From assembly GCA_015233115.1 (NCBI GenBank), contig JADFYJ010000015.1:450-64449 (forward strand): a stretch of 64,000 bases of DNA, written 5' to 3'. The notes beneath the pieces are model-generated. The model had not been told where the DNA came from, ran no database searches, and saw only the letters and a program-made list of their open reading frames with translations. The position numbers and the translations under genes are program-made. This document shows, piece after piece, positions 32,301-38,840 of this stretch (position 1 is the first letter of the stretch; each line of letters starts with the position of its first letter). The DNA is from Candidatus Omnitrophota bacterium (lineage in GTDB: Bacteria > Omnitrophota > Gorgyraeia > Zapsychrales > Zapsychraceae).

Positions 32301-34968
32301 TGTAATGATTCAGAATCAATTCCAAATGGGTAACATGATCTACGGTAAAGCGATTCAATGACTTCAAAAGGAACATCAAGTGATAATCTTCGTCAGAAGA
32401 CGCTGCGATAAAATTAATAAATAGAGATCCATAATGCGTACTGGAAGATTTTGAATAAGACCCTTCAGATAAAATACAATCCATGGCAATAGGCTTGATT
32501 TCTTTTATTCCGTTGTCGATGGCTAACGACAAAAGAAAATCAAACTCTTTGTTAAATTCAGTATGATATCCTCTCCCTATTGCATACATTTTACTCTGAT
32601 ATAAAGCGATGATACTGTCCATCACCCATTTTCTTACCTCTTTATCGTCCATGAGCAAACGAAATACTTGAAACATGGCCATGAATTTATCGCGTTCTCC
32701 ATCTTGAAAGTCGTAAAAAGTAACTTTTTCAAACATTTTTCTAAAGTAAGCAAAGATACGGTGTGCGATTTGCTGCTTTGTTTGGTTTGCTGATAAATTT
32801 ATTTTGGTTTTACCCTTAACTTGACCTGTACCTTTAATAAATGTAAAAGAAAATTTGCCGTCCTGGATTTGTGGGTCTTTTATGGTGTATGTCCGGACAT
32901 CCTCACTTCTATACTTTGTGTTTGCTAATGATTTAAAAGCTTCATTATATTCTTTTACCGTCGGCGCATTCATTGAACCGAAAGCATCAAAATACTCTTC
33001 GGGGTTGTCAATTTGTAGATTTGTTAACTTTTTATCCTGTTGAAACGGTGGGTATGAATATAAAATGTAATAATATTCTCCTTTATTAACCAATAAATCA
33101 TTCTGATGAAAAATTGATTTCATATCAAACATTGAGTCCGTAAAAGCTTGCTGATCTCTCTCCCGAATAATTATTTTTACCGCTTGGGGGTCAAAATTTT
33201 TCGGAGCTTTTTCCGAAATCGCAAAGCGCTTGAGCATCTCCCGAATGGTAATTTTTTCGCCTGAATTAACTATATCGTCAGTATTGATAAAAATATTGGT
33301 TGAATCTGAGTGGAATTCGTTGAGAAATTCCATTTTAGGATCTGTGTTGGCGATAAAACCCGAAAGATCTATCCAACCAACTTTTATAGCCTCTTGTTTT
33401 TCTATTTTACTTTGCTGTTCTATTATTTGTTGAGCTAATTTTATTCTTTGTGATTCATCGATGTTTTTTAAAGCGTCAAAAGTTTTAGGATCAATAAAAA
33501 CACGATCTTCATGACCGATAAAAATAAAATTTGTAAATTTATTTTTGAATAAAGCACCTGCGCTTTCATTTAATCCTTCTAAAAAATAAAGGCTCATACC
33601 TTCCTTTTTCAAATCTTCTTCCGGATCCAAAAATTGATACCGTTCATCACTCGGCTTGATTCTCATTTTTGAGGATCCCAATCCACCCATAAAATATTGA
33701 TCAATTAAAGAAACAACAGCTTGGTAGTTTGCATCCGCTGACAAAGTATCATTAGTACCAGATGAATTGCTCATCATCGCCGCGTCTGCCTGCAATTTCA
33801 CCTGAACCACAACCGCTTTATCCGTCGAGTCCATGGCAGCGTCGAGTTCGGGGTTGGCGCGATTTTCAACGGCCAGCCCGGCCTGATTGCCTGCCCAGCC
33901 GCCGGAAAAATATTTTCTGGAAACAATCTGCTGCGTTTGAGGGTTATATTCCTCTTTAATATAGTTGTAAACGCCTTTCTGGAATGCTTTTAAATACTGG
34001 TCGTAAATTTTTTGATTGGCGGCAGGATCTGCTGTTTCCAAACCTGCGGTTTTTTTCCGGTCAACAAATACCTGGCCTAATATGGATTTTTTCAAGGCTT
34101 GTTTGTACCACAAAGCTAATATCATGGAATTGTAAATCTGCCGAAGATTCGCGAAAATTTCGCCTTCGTTCACTTCTTTTTCGATTTCGGGGATGATGAT
34201 TTGACGTAAAAACTGCGCTTTTAAATCATCACCCATTTTCGATATTCCTTTTTTTATAACCCCCTCATGCTTAGAAAGCGAAACATAATCCTGCTCCAGC
34301 ATAACTTTCAAATGCGTGCTGACTATAAATGCTCCTTTAGAATGTTCATAAATTTTGGCGGTTTCTGGGATAATCCAGACTTTGTTGTAAGTGTCTAACG
34401 GGATATCTGTCGTATGTAATTCATTCTGCGCGCGTTCATAAATCTTCGACCAAAATTTTCTGCCTAATTCGTTTTCCGGATACATGAGCGACGCGGTGAG
34501 TTGTTTTAATAGGTAATCCTGAGCGAGAACATCACGACCCATTTCGGTTTTTCCAAAATTAACCGGGATCATACGGTCAGGCTCATTAGGAGATAAGTTC
34601 ACCCACATTTGGTCTTGCGGCACAGTTAGAGACGCGAGAAAATATTTTATTAGACGGGTGGATTCTTGTTTAAATTCTTCAGGATCCCTCTCCCTTCCCG
34701 ATGAGGGATTATTATCTGTTCCTTTATCGATAATAAAGTTAAATTTTAAGGGATCTTGCGGGTCAATGTTCACACCTTTGATGATGGCCGGGTGAAATGC
34801 CGGCGTAGGCATAAGCATAGTACTCGACACTGGGCCTTCGACTATACTCAGGGCATGTAACTGGGCATAGCCTGTCCCCGTAAACACAGTAGACATAATA
34901 AATGCCCAAGTAAGAAACGCGGCAATTACACGCTTTCCATAGCTGTTAAAAGTAAAAAATGAATTCAT
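23353..34968 (-). CDS. Giant (3871 aa) exported modular protein: signal peptide, conserved ~370-aa N-terminal domain, DAAM-delimited modules (helical/HEAT-like, HD domain, four Tat-motif repeats), GGIDLN C-terminal domain
   Basis: Uninterrupted ORF; hydrophobic N-terminus ending GYA-Q; recurring D-[A/S/L]-A-[M/L]; HD motif LHDIDR...H...DADAISYF; four internal RRxF-hydrophobic-K motifs. Confidence 0.85.
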   Translation of the reverse strand: MNSFFTFNSYGKRVIAAFLTWAFIMSTVFTGTGYAQLHALSIVEGPVSSTMLMPTPAFHPAIIKGVNIDPQDPLKFNFIIDKGTDNNPSSGRERDPEEFKQESTRLIKYFLASLTVPQDQMWVNLSPNEPDRMIPVNFGKTEMGRDVLAQDYLLKQLTASLMYPENELGRKFWSKIYERAQNELHTTDIPLDTYNKVWIIPETAKIYEHSKGAFIVSTHLKVMLEQDYVSLSKHEGVIKKGISKMGDDLKAQFLRQIIIPEIEKEVNEGEIFANLRQIYNSMILALWYKQALKKSILGQVFVDRKKTAGLETADPAANQKIYDQYLKAFQKGVYNYIKEEYNPQTQQIVSRKYFSGGWAGNQAGLAVENRANPELDAAMDSTDKAVVVQVKLQADAAMMSNSSGTNDTLSADANYQAVVSLIDQYFMGGLGSSKMRIKPSDERYQFLDPEEDLKKEGMSLYFLEGLNESAGALFKNKFTNFIFIGHEDRVFIDPKTFDALKNIDESQRIKLAQQIIEQQSKIEKQEAIKVGWIDLSGFIANTDPKMEFLNEFHSDSTNIFINTDDIVNSGEKITIREMLKRFAISEKAPKNFDPQAVKIIIRERDQQAFTDSMFDMKSIFHQNDLLVNKGEYYYILYSYPPFQQDKKLTNLQIDNPEEYFDAFGSMNAPTVKEYNEAFKSLANTKYRSEDVRTYTIKDPQIQDGKFSFTFIKGTGQVKGKTKINLSANQTKQQIAHRIFAYFRKMFEKVTFYDFQDGERDKFMAMFQVFRLLMDDKEVRKWVMDSIIALYQSKMYAIGRGYHTEFNKEFDFLLSLAIDNGIKEIKPIAMDCILSEGSYSKSSSTHYGSLFINFIAASSDEDYHLMFLLKSLNRFTVDHVTHLELILNHYIMEYLGVERNSLWKIDDEPTIEFFFENLRYICGLADTDDNLIFHNERLLLRISGIFSELCKNDKIAKRLLKMIREEKNFRVAQNLFQFGVQGIYIEYSTDPRLTVDYIDTAIQLFKTTPLDVAYFFNEFMTHQDREGSDKYDLRREYRRDELIDLLVKHLINIDFQDDSKSQTLQNIFSILIAYQSPVGQPSALKFLDKKSPHFVEAFKYFIEVGDPRFFEEVWKQITIMESSGLNEVKLNTIGNYLLSVLKLEGEFALTSEQRVKINSFVEKYIFNQNEKNGKILKLWISFVGELHREDKLEELRALSRKAGNKDCERTIMESLSLLSEKEAQEFLKIYVMSIWAKSDIEEKRKVYGFIKSPARQSNMQQRRALCRLLLNTAISTNDSQLLDWILTGFIDGDPNGAADLLDTGVYDNYDLSDVDLGHHWGVRYSDVYVDAPQRIRNYFVRWYMNVLMKTPALTFGKEEDNEILKMHDRIRIKLYKLLERDMGLQGERFNKLTYYQGFNAGKWQGEPEPRLETYEDFLPAVVLLKPFYDMAVNQNKFYARMTADDVFEILKSLDPYFYEAMQGNVIFQMYADFLNQQKEHQSGSIIAEAFKRFSPEIHSDLPVSTAVVDIRSLTPYVHDLYEASLDKYLNPVFFHNDGKFKKNDRNYAEHLFLSFFLRTLYLLHQKDETHALQSHIGENGETINNLRAKYDDAALLANSQEDSKYKMVFFKIGRQASQILSNGNYFVWQGPSGRVYHAPKAGEATFGASLDKYQPSLADAAMKTDLNDRGSDDLMNNTPTDSAMVQKKFPNIGLLVEVGLNPVFWVKPNENIFGEYDSKEEIYVQKVTGILQKIIRNLRQNEYRDKPLPGLDPHLLNTGNYAAQIYQLRYGRQAPAYLRIAGMLHDIDRAFPHFEVNKKDYEKALGEHYYDQYKKAHSMVSAKIAVGLLKKAGASDNLISRVYRVIVNHEAGGQEDIDMVRDADAISYFEDEGFELVLQQTLSGQRKVDAQEGVRNKTAFMYFRCSDESRQIIDDVMRNRQIRNNLDRMDPEVVTLFQNIKDDKDLQRKILNSREEANYKYYVLFYDLKGKHRFMLGIPGDVKGPVFWVMNAVSSRIESLSGQELNDQKLVMLVNTIVADLRVPEKNLEILKFLKKIKDGTPMKLPLYPHSGFNNKISYQATALLEKIEQLSAPEQRFLVQIWENSDDLRGNDLRFIISGIEAGASSMITKKSLYDPEVFYFISFWESLKFKFGKDMTADNGDSQPDLAMMQNSQLTSVDQNNPARQILIQLADQEWKQILNPGWMGKLRRAIAFLKEPITMESFAAAQLRQAINEHPQKDEIIQEIALMIHMGDIGTGNNRLLTGGKGLLDFMVQEDFKKQDLIELSRRGFLKLAGGTASAMGIMPIGIKSVMSMVENATISIPVGDKGDTQYPSSTWWKKWQLVHQLDERMNALRLHVFHINPSFHPDGIIIPQFAHLQMDSITLPNNYERVNFPRDLSYYKHLLSEGNLKIQLVADYISTMAENLEAAWDILELPSFSETDKKQMLMDLHAAKTKYFQPKTIPKIEAMITETKQKIIELKKEREIVHKWVDGFFYLNLTEEAYLSYDNEILQLEFNLQQLKFVLGAFNKSRAENWLLKLSGEKSDAAMLENSQLSIGDQNNSTREILMQLADQEWKQILNPGWMGRLRRAIAYLKEPISIESFAAANLRKTIHIHPQRDVLIQEIERMKQMRKNGTGNETLLTGGSGLIDSMIKEDLESGIERREFFKISVAAAMSVGFLPEGLKDAMKLAERPVTVAMPDQELLRLRLFTKITEHVDLVQEGITKTYNVIYGATERNDLVLEMLAGPVKDLTPKEVIEMFIRRPHADEISTIFLKKAVGDLEPANHILANFFRVLENNPSMFSTLRDLSDFTLDQKQKILLDYGHANGFLEPKTMTDLKSKISETRENIAKLNKERDIIFKWLDEFFYVTEINTKWVLNYDEKIFQLEKELKNLEFILGLFNKARVDKWPHNVSGKNHDAAMLNNPEHPQLYALEQNSLNRQILMQLAEKISSEILNPSWLKRLKMLFDHMKQPLPMKAMAAEKMRQAVENHPLKDVLRREIECMKLSGEIGAGKNGFMNGGIGLLDLMVTEDRKDQRDGKAGMSRREFMKTVAVAAAGTRMMPKELTGIMKMAGGPSSVVVDGLFQAQEKKQDLYFKIYSLVTQVEQRYSSFLWKNNLPGMQPVLVGEVRLRIPTAVYRVLTNQPLDTEEISDVLSTNDLNSFLGNYSIEYLEGLLGKLEPIRNILLQFIIEMENTPPEVLSSVMNLPISNDGKRQTLLDLFDVKTESPENEDSIPELEKNIVKIQQKIVGLNAEREIFYKWIERFFYRTKTTEDVLNAYSGEILQLENDLKQMQSVLEITKKFKKANLLQRDDIAHTMKHIIHVDRDSLDAICNKISFLTLQSFHDRRIVFHHLRSAFEFLIQVKLEVGLSEMMDFHEKLTHNIGNDRVRDESFIVQAEDIIRDIEKEILRLGKEQKDQALSHRRNDAAMLDNPAHQLLMQLADQAWEKILNPDLVTRMRMKWNAVQMKIFGGIEEPFSLTAVAVDSLKSSVLQHSQRDQIMEEIIHMIQDGKILANNNNIVNSREGLIALMIQEMTSQAKDTENEIPEAYSESRRGFLKLIGGAAGAVGLSPFGKLGQVISLVENRKTIITRGVSQEIVTKELQDKIVGEGVWLIAGYDDLLTEEPSQYTGVYRVVFQNVISILKEDPGGRRFLEKFVHFTRTSKNMESLNKLRQAIGFVHSSVGNIRDLILNNPEMVEAILNSPFSDLEKAEVLTNRNLFADDFVIAKFKSKEKKIKQKIGDLKKERDIIYKWVDEFFYATEMIRELQFSYEEEILRLERELKKNIEELLQVYRNGLAEKFRMSDFAHSEKAKGDQAQITNPAPKDGGIDLNAAHLKVDVDQEGRGFEIKTDPAMIEQLKNINGFVPVIIDVVPVTNLRMLLGL

Positions 34969-35064
34969 GGCCTTCTCTAAAATTAATAAAGGATTGTGAA
35001 AACTAGCGAAAGTGTGCCATATATATTTATATTTGGCAAGGCAGATTGAGTTCTTGATTTCTCA

Positions 35065-35352
35065 TTATTTGTGAAGGTAAGAGCGCGGATGTCGATGCTG
35101 GTGGGCTACGGCAGAAATAATTACAGAGTTGTCAATAATCCCATAAAGTATTAAATATGGGAATTTACGTAAAGGACATTTACGGGTATGTCTGGTTAAA
35201 AATTGGTGCCCCTCAGGATAAAGGCGTATGAAATCAATGGCTTCCAAAATTTCATTGCGAAAAAGAACACCCAAGCCGGTCAGTTGTTGTTCATAAAATT
35301 CAATGGTTTGATTCAATTCTTGTTGAGCGATAGGCAAGAAAATGACGTTCAT
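35065..35352 (-). CDS. Type II toxin RelE/ParE family
   Basis: A..EL.....FY....GLG..F, RKFPYLILY, AVAHQHRHP.Y. Confidence 0.88.
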   Translation of the reverse strand: MNVIFLPIAQQELNQTIEFYEQQLTGLGVLFRNEILEAIDFIRLYPEGHQFLTRHTRKCPLRKFPYLILYGIIDNSVIISAVAHQHRHPRSYLHK

Positions 35353-35561
35353 TTGGCTAGTTGTTTTTTAATGGTTTCAAAATTTATGCCTTTTAGTTTG
35401 CCATTTTTATACGCGGCAAGACGTTTATCTGACTCAACGCCCCACTCCCGTTCGATTTCCGGATCAGGTTTATCCAGACTTGCGAGGATATTGTCAACCA
35501 TACGCAGACGCTGAATAGGTGAAAGCTGCAGAATATTTTTTTCAATATTTTTTACTGTCAT
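35349..35561 (-). CDS. Addiction module antitoxin component
   Basis: LSPIQRL.MVD.ILASLD...IEREW..E...R pattern; overlaps RelE/ParE start. Confidence 0.85.
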   Translation of the reverse strand: MTVKNIEKNILQLSPIQRLRMVDNILASLDKPDPEIEREWGVESDKRLAAYKNGKLKGINFETIKKQLAK

Positions 35562-35587
35562 AAAAAAACTCCTTTTTCGTTAAACAA

Positions 35588-35616
35588 ATTATAACATTAG
35601 AAGGTGGAATGTTCAA
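35588..35616 (-). promoter_or_regulatory. Candidate sigma70 promoter of the addiction module
   Basis: TTGAAC-17-TATAAT with extended TG on minus strand. Confidence 0.6.
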
Positions 35617-35850
35617 GGGAGCGTAAAAATGGTGTCTGATCTCGACTAAAAAATAAGTTGAGGGGAATGCTTTTATATAAAAAGCATAAATCAAAAAAAC
35701 CATTCTTAAAGTAAGATAATTCCAAGTTGCCGTCAAAGTTGATAGACCAAAGTTGCTTTAAAATAAGATAATACCAGGTTGTGATAATGATTTTTTGATT
35801 TTTCCCCTCAACCAGACTTCAAAATCTTTTTTTGAATTCAAACCATCTGC

Positions 35851-36102
35851 TTATTTTTTATATTGTCGATAAATTGCCGCACGAGTCGGACATCCACACA
35901 CATAGGAATAACCAAACGATGTTACATAAGGACACCGTATAGTCATCTGATGTGGTTTGATAAAAATCAAATCCTGAGAAACTACTCCGCTAAATTCACA
36001 CCCAGGACAGCCTTCGTCGGTTAAACATTTAAATTTATGTGGACATTTTGTGGTTTGTTTTACAATAGCGTCATCAATTTGAAAAGACACGGATTCCCCC
36101 AC
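35851..36102 (-). CDS. Small cysteine-rich hypothetical protein
   Basis: 83 aa, seven Cys (C-x5-C-x5-C-x2-C ... CPY...FG...C-x-CP-x-R). Confidence 0.65.
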   Translation of the reverse strand: MGESVSFQIDDAIVKQTTKCPHKFKCLTDEGCPGCEFSGVVSQDLIFIKPHQMTIRCPYVTSFGYSYVCGCPTRAAIYRQYKK

Positions 36103-36260
36103 TCTTTTTTTCCATCAATTCATAGCTGTTATGACTTTAGCAGTAATAATTATTTGTCATTAATATAAGACTTTAGTCTTAATTATGTATATAGGACAAA
36201 TGTCGCATATAGTAACGAGGGGGGATATGGGAAAAGTGAAAGGTAAGAGACAAAAAACAA

Positions 36261-36878
36261 TTACGTCGATATACCAACTTTTTCAAGAGCTTGTACGAGT
36301 TTAGCAACAGAAGACAATCGCATTTTCTTCATGACCCGGCCACGATGCTTACGGATGGTCTTTTCCGCTGTCCCTAATGTTACCGCAATCTGTTTATTGA
36401 GTTTTCCGGTAATGATCTGCCGCATAACCTCATCTTCCCGAGAAGTTAACGTGGCTATTAAAGATAAAATTCTTGCTCGCTGAGCAGCTTCTTTGACATT
36501 TTGTTTATCCAATTTATGCGCGGAAATAATGGCCGAACGTAACTCGCCCGCATTAAACGGCTTTAATAAAAAATCAACCGCCCCTTGTTTTATCGCCTTG
36601 ACGCTCATGGGGATATCACCATGTCCGGTTATAAAAATAATAGGAACAGCAATACCCTTGTCTTGTAAATCCTCCTGCAAAGCAAATCCGTCTAGACGAG
36701 GAAGATACATATCCAACAAAAGGCATGCTGGCCGCTGCACCAAATTCTGTTTAAGAAAATCCTCCGCAGAGCCAAATCCTTGAACCTTATATCCCATTCT
36801 TCCCGTCAATTCCTCAAGACTTTCCCGGAAAGTATAATCGTCATCAACAATATACACAGTTAAGTTTTGAGGATTCAT
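36261..36878 (-). CDS. FixJ/LuxR-type response regulator
   Basis: REC (VDDD, LLDMYLP, ITGHGD, KP) plus LuxR HTH (LTSREDEV...NKQIA...HRGRVMKKM). Confidence 0.92.
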   Translation of the reverse strand: MNPQNLTVYIVDDDYTFRESLEELTGRMGYKVQGFGSAEDFLKQNLVQRPACLLLDMYLPRLDGFALQEDLQDKGIAVPIIFITGHGDIPMSVKAIKQGAVDFLLKPFNAGELRSAIISAHKLDKQNVKEAAQRARILSLIATLTSREDEVMRQIITGKLNKQIAVTLGTAEKTIRKHRGRVMKKMRLSSVAKLVQALEKVGIST

Positions 36879-38833
36879 AAACTCTCTTTCTTTTGCAGTA
36901 TCGGCAATGAGAAAAAGAAAGTTACCCCTTTATCCGGATTGTTGTAAACAGACAATTGACCACCGTGCGATTGAATGATGGAACGGCAAATAAAAAGCCC
37001 CATGCCCAGCCCTTCTTTTTTGGTGGTATGAAAAGGCTTGAACAATTGTTCTAAATGCTCCTCATCAATCTTGGGGCCAGAATTCATAACGCTGACTGTC
37101 ACCCAGCCTGGTTTATGAATATCTACCAGAATTTTAATTTGCTTTATAGCCGCTTCAGATAATGCTTCCAGGGCATTCGTAATCAAATTTAAGACAACCT
37201 GCTGTAACTGAACCTTATTACCCATAACCATCAGCCCGCCTGATTTAATATTTGCCGTAAATGTGACGTCTTTGAGAACAGATCTGATTTGCACCAAGGC
37301 TATAACATCTTGAATGACGGCCCCTACATTCAATTCTTCTCTTTCCACTGACTCTTTTTTGATCAAATCGCGAAGCCTCCGAATCACATTTCCCGCGCGC
37401 TCATCTTCATCAATAATATGAGATAAAATTTGCCGAACTTTACGAATATCAGGATTTTTTTCAGACAATATAAGTTCAGCCGTCGATGCCCAATTCAAAA
37501 TAGAACCTAAAGGCTGATTAATTTCATGCGCCAATGCCGCCGTTAATTGACCCAGAACCGCGATCCGCGACACATGCGATAATTCAAAGAACATCTCCTG
37601 AATCTTTACGTTCTGATCGCTAATTTCTTTAGTGCGATCATTAACTTTCGTTTCCAATTCTTCGTTAATTTGCCGAAGTGAGTCTTCAGCCCGCTTACGC
37701 TCTGTGATATCGCGGACAATGCCCCACATCCTCACAGGTTGTCCTTGGTGGTCGCGAACCAGATATATACAGAGCTCAACCGGAAAAATTGTCCCATCCT
37801 TATGCTGGTATTCCTTCTCAAAAACATCCGAATATCCCCGGGGAATAATTTGATCTTTAGTGATCTGGACTTCTAACTCGTGCCATTTCTCGGGAGTCAA
37901 ATCAAAATAGGTCAATTCCTTCAACTCTTTCTCAGAATATCCCAACATTTCCTGGTAAGCGCGATTGGCTTCCTGAATCCGTCCTTCCATATTCACAGAC
38001 ACAAACGCGTCCGTCATACTTTCATGCAGCCGCCGATATTTTTCCTCACTTTCCCGCAACGCATTCTCTACACCCTTACGCTCTGTGATGTCAATGATCG
38101 ACCCCTCCAGTATACCCGTAACAGGATAAACCATTAACGAGGTGATGCATATTTTCACTTGACCCGATTTAGTACGTAATGCAAATTCAAAATTTTCAAC
38201 CCGTCCTTCCGCTTTGAGAATTTTGACCATTTCTTCTCGAGCATTAAGGTCGACCCAAACAATGAGAGACGGCTGTCCTATAATCTCCTCCCTCGTATAG
38301 CCAAGAATGGAGAAATATTTTTCGTTCGCGTCCATAAACTCCGAGCCATCCAACCGTGAGCGGAACATTCCAACCTCTGCGTTATTAAAAAGGTTTCGGA
38401 ATTTTTCCTCGCTCTCTTGCAGCGACACTTCCATCTCCTTATGAAAAGTAATATCCTCAGCATTACCCAAAATTTGTTGTACTTTTCCTTCCTCATCGCG
38501 CGAGAAAGGAGTATCCCGGCTGCGCAGCCAGCGCCACTTGCCGCTAGCATGTTTCATCCGATATTCAATTTCCAGTACATCATCACTTTTAATAGTCCTA
38601 AGGAGGGCATGATGGTGGGTCACGAGAGCAACATCATCCGGATGAAGAATATTCTGAAATAACTCAGGCCCAAACAACTTGATCTGTTCAGGGGTATATC
38701 CCAGAAAAGTTAACACTTCGCGGTTAGCGAAATCATTACAATGATGGACAAGATTATAAATGTAAATAAGATTGGGAGAAGATCCCAAAATCCGTTCAAG
38801 CAAATGATCATTAGTTGAAGAAAAATTATTCAT
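36875..38833 (-). CDS. Multi-PAS sensor histidine kinase (FixL-like)
   Basis: Three PAS/PAC repeats, AHEINQPL H-box, NLITNA, GLGMGL. Confidence 0.92.
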   Translation of the reverse strand: MNNFSSTNDHLLERILGSSPNLIYIYNLVHHCNDFANREVLTFLGYTPEQIKLFGPELFQNILHPDDVALVTHHHALLRTIKSDDVLEIEYRMKHASGKWRWLRSRDTPFSRDEEGKVQQILGNAEDITFHKEMEVSLQESEEKFRNLFNNAEVGMFRSRLDGSEFMDANEKYFSILGYTREEIIGQPSLIVWVDLNAREEMVKILKAEGRVENFEFALRTKSGQVKICITSLMVYPVTGILEGSIIDITERKGVENALRESEEKYRRLHESMTDAFVSVNMEGRIQEANRAYQEMLGYSEKELKELTYFDLTPEKWHELEVQITKDQIIPRGYSDVFEKEYQHKDGTIFPVELCIYLVRDHQGQPVRMWGIVRDITERKRAEDSLRQINEELETKVNDRTKEISDQNVKIQEMFFELSHVSRIAVLGQLTAALAHEINQPLGSILNWASTAELILSEKNPDIRKVRQILSHIIDEDERAGNVIRRLRDLIKKESVEREELNVGAVIQDVIALVQIRSVLKDVTFTANIKSGGLMVMGNKVQLQQVVLNLITNALEALSEAAIKQIKILVDIHKPGWVTVSVMNSGPKIDEEHLEQLFKPFHTTKKEGLGMGLFICRSIIQSHGGQLSVYNNPDKGVTFFFSLPILQKKESL

Positions 38834-38840
38834 CCGATGA

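Noticed and set aside
23353-34968. Giant gene as a read-through or mis-assembly of several genes, or as an intein/RTX/adhesin protein
   Set aside because: Single open frame with coherent N- and C-terminal domains; no intein C/HN termini, GGxGxD repeats or beta-rich adhesin repeats visible
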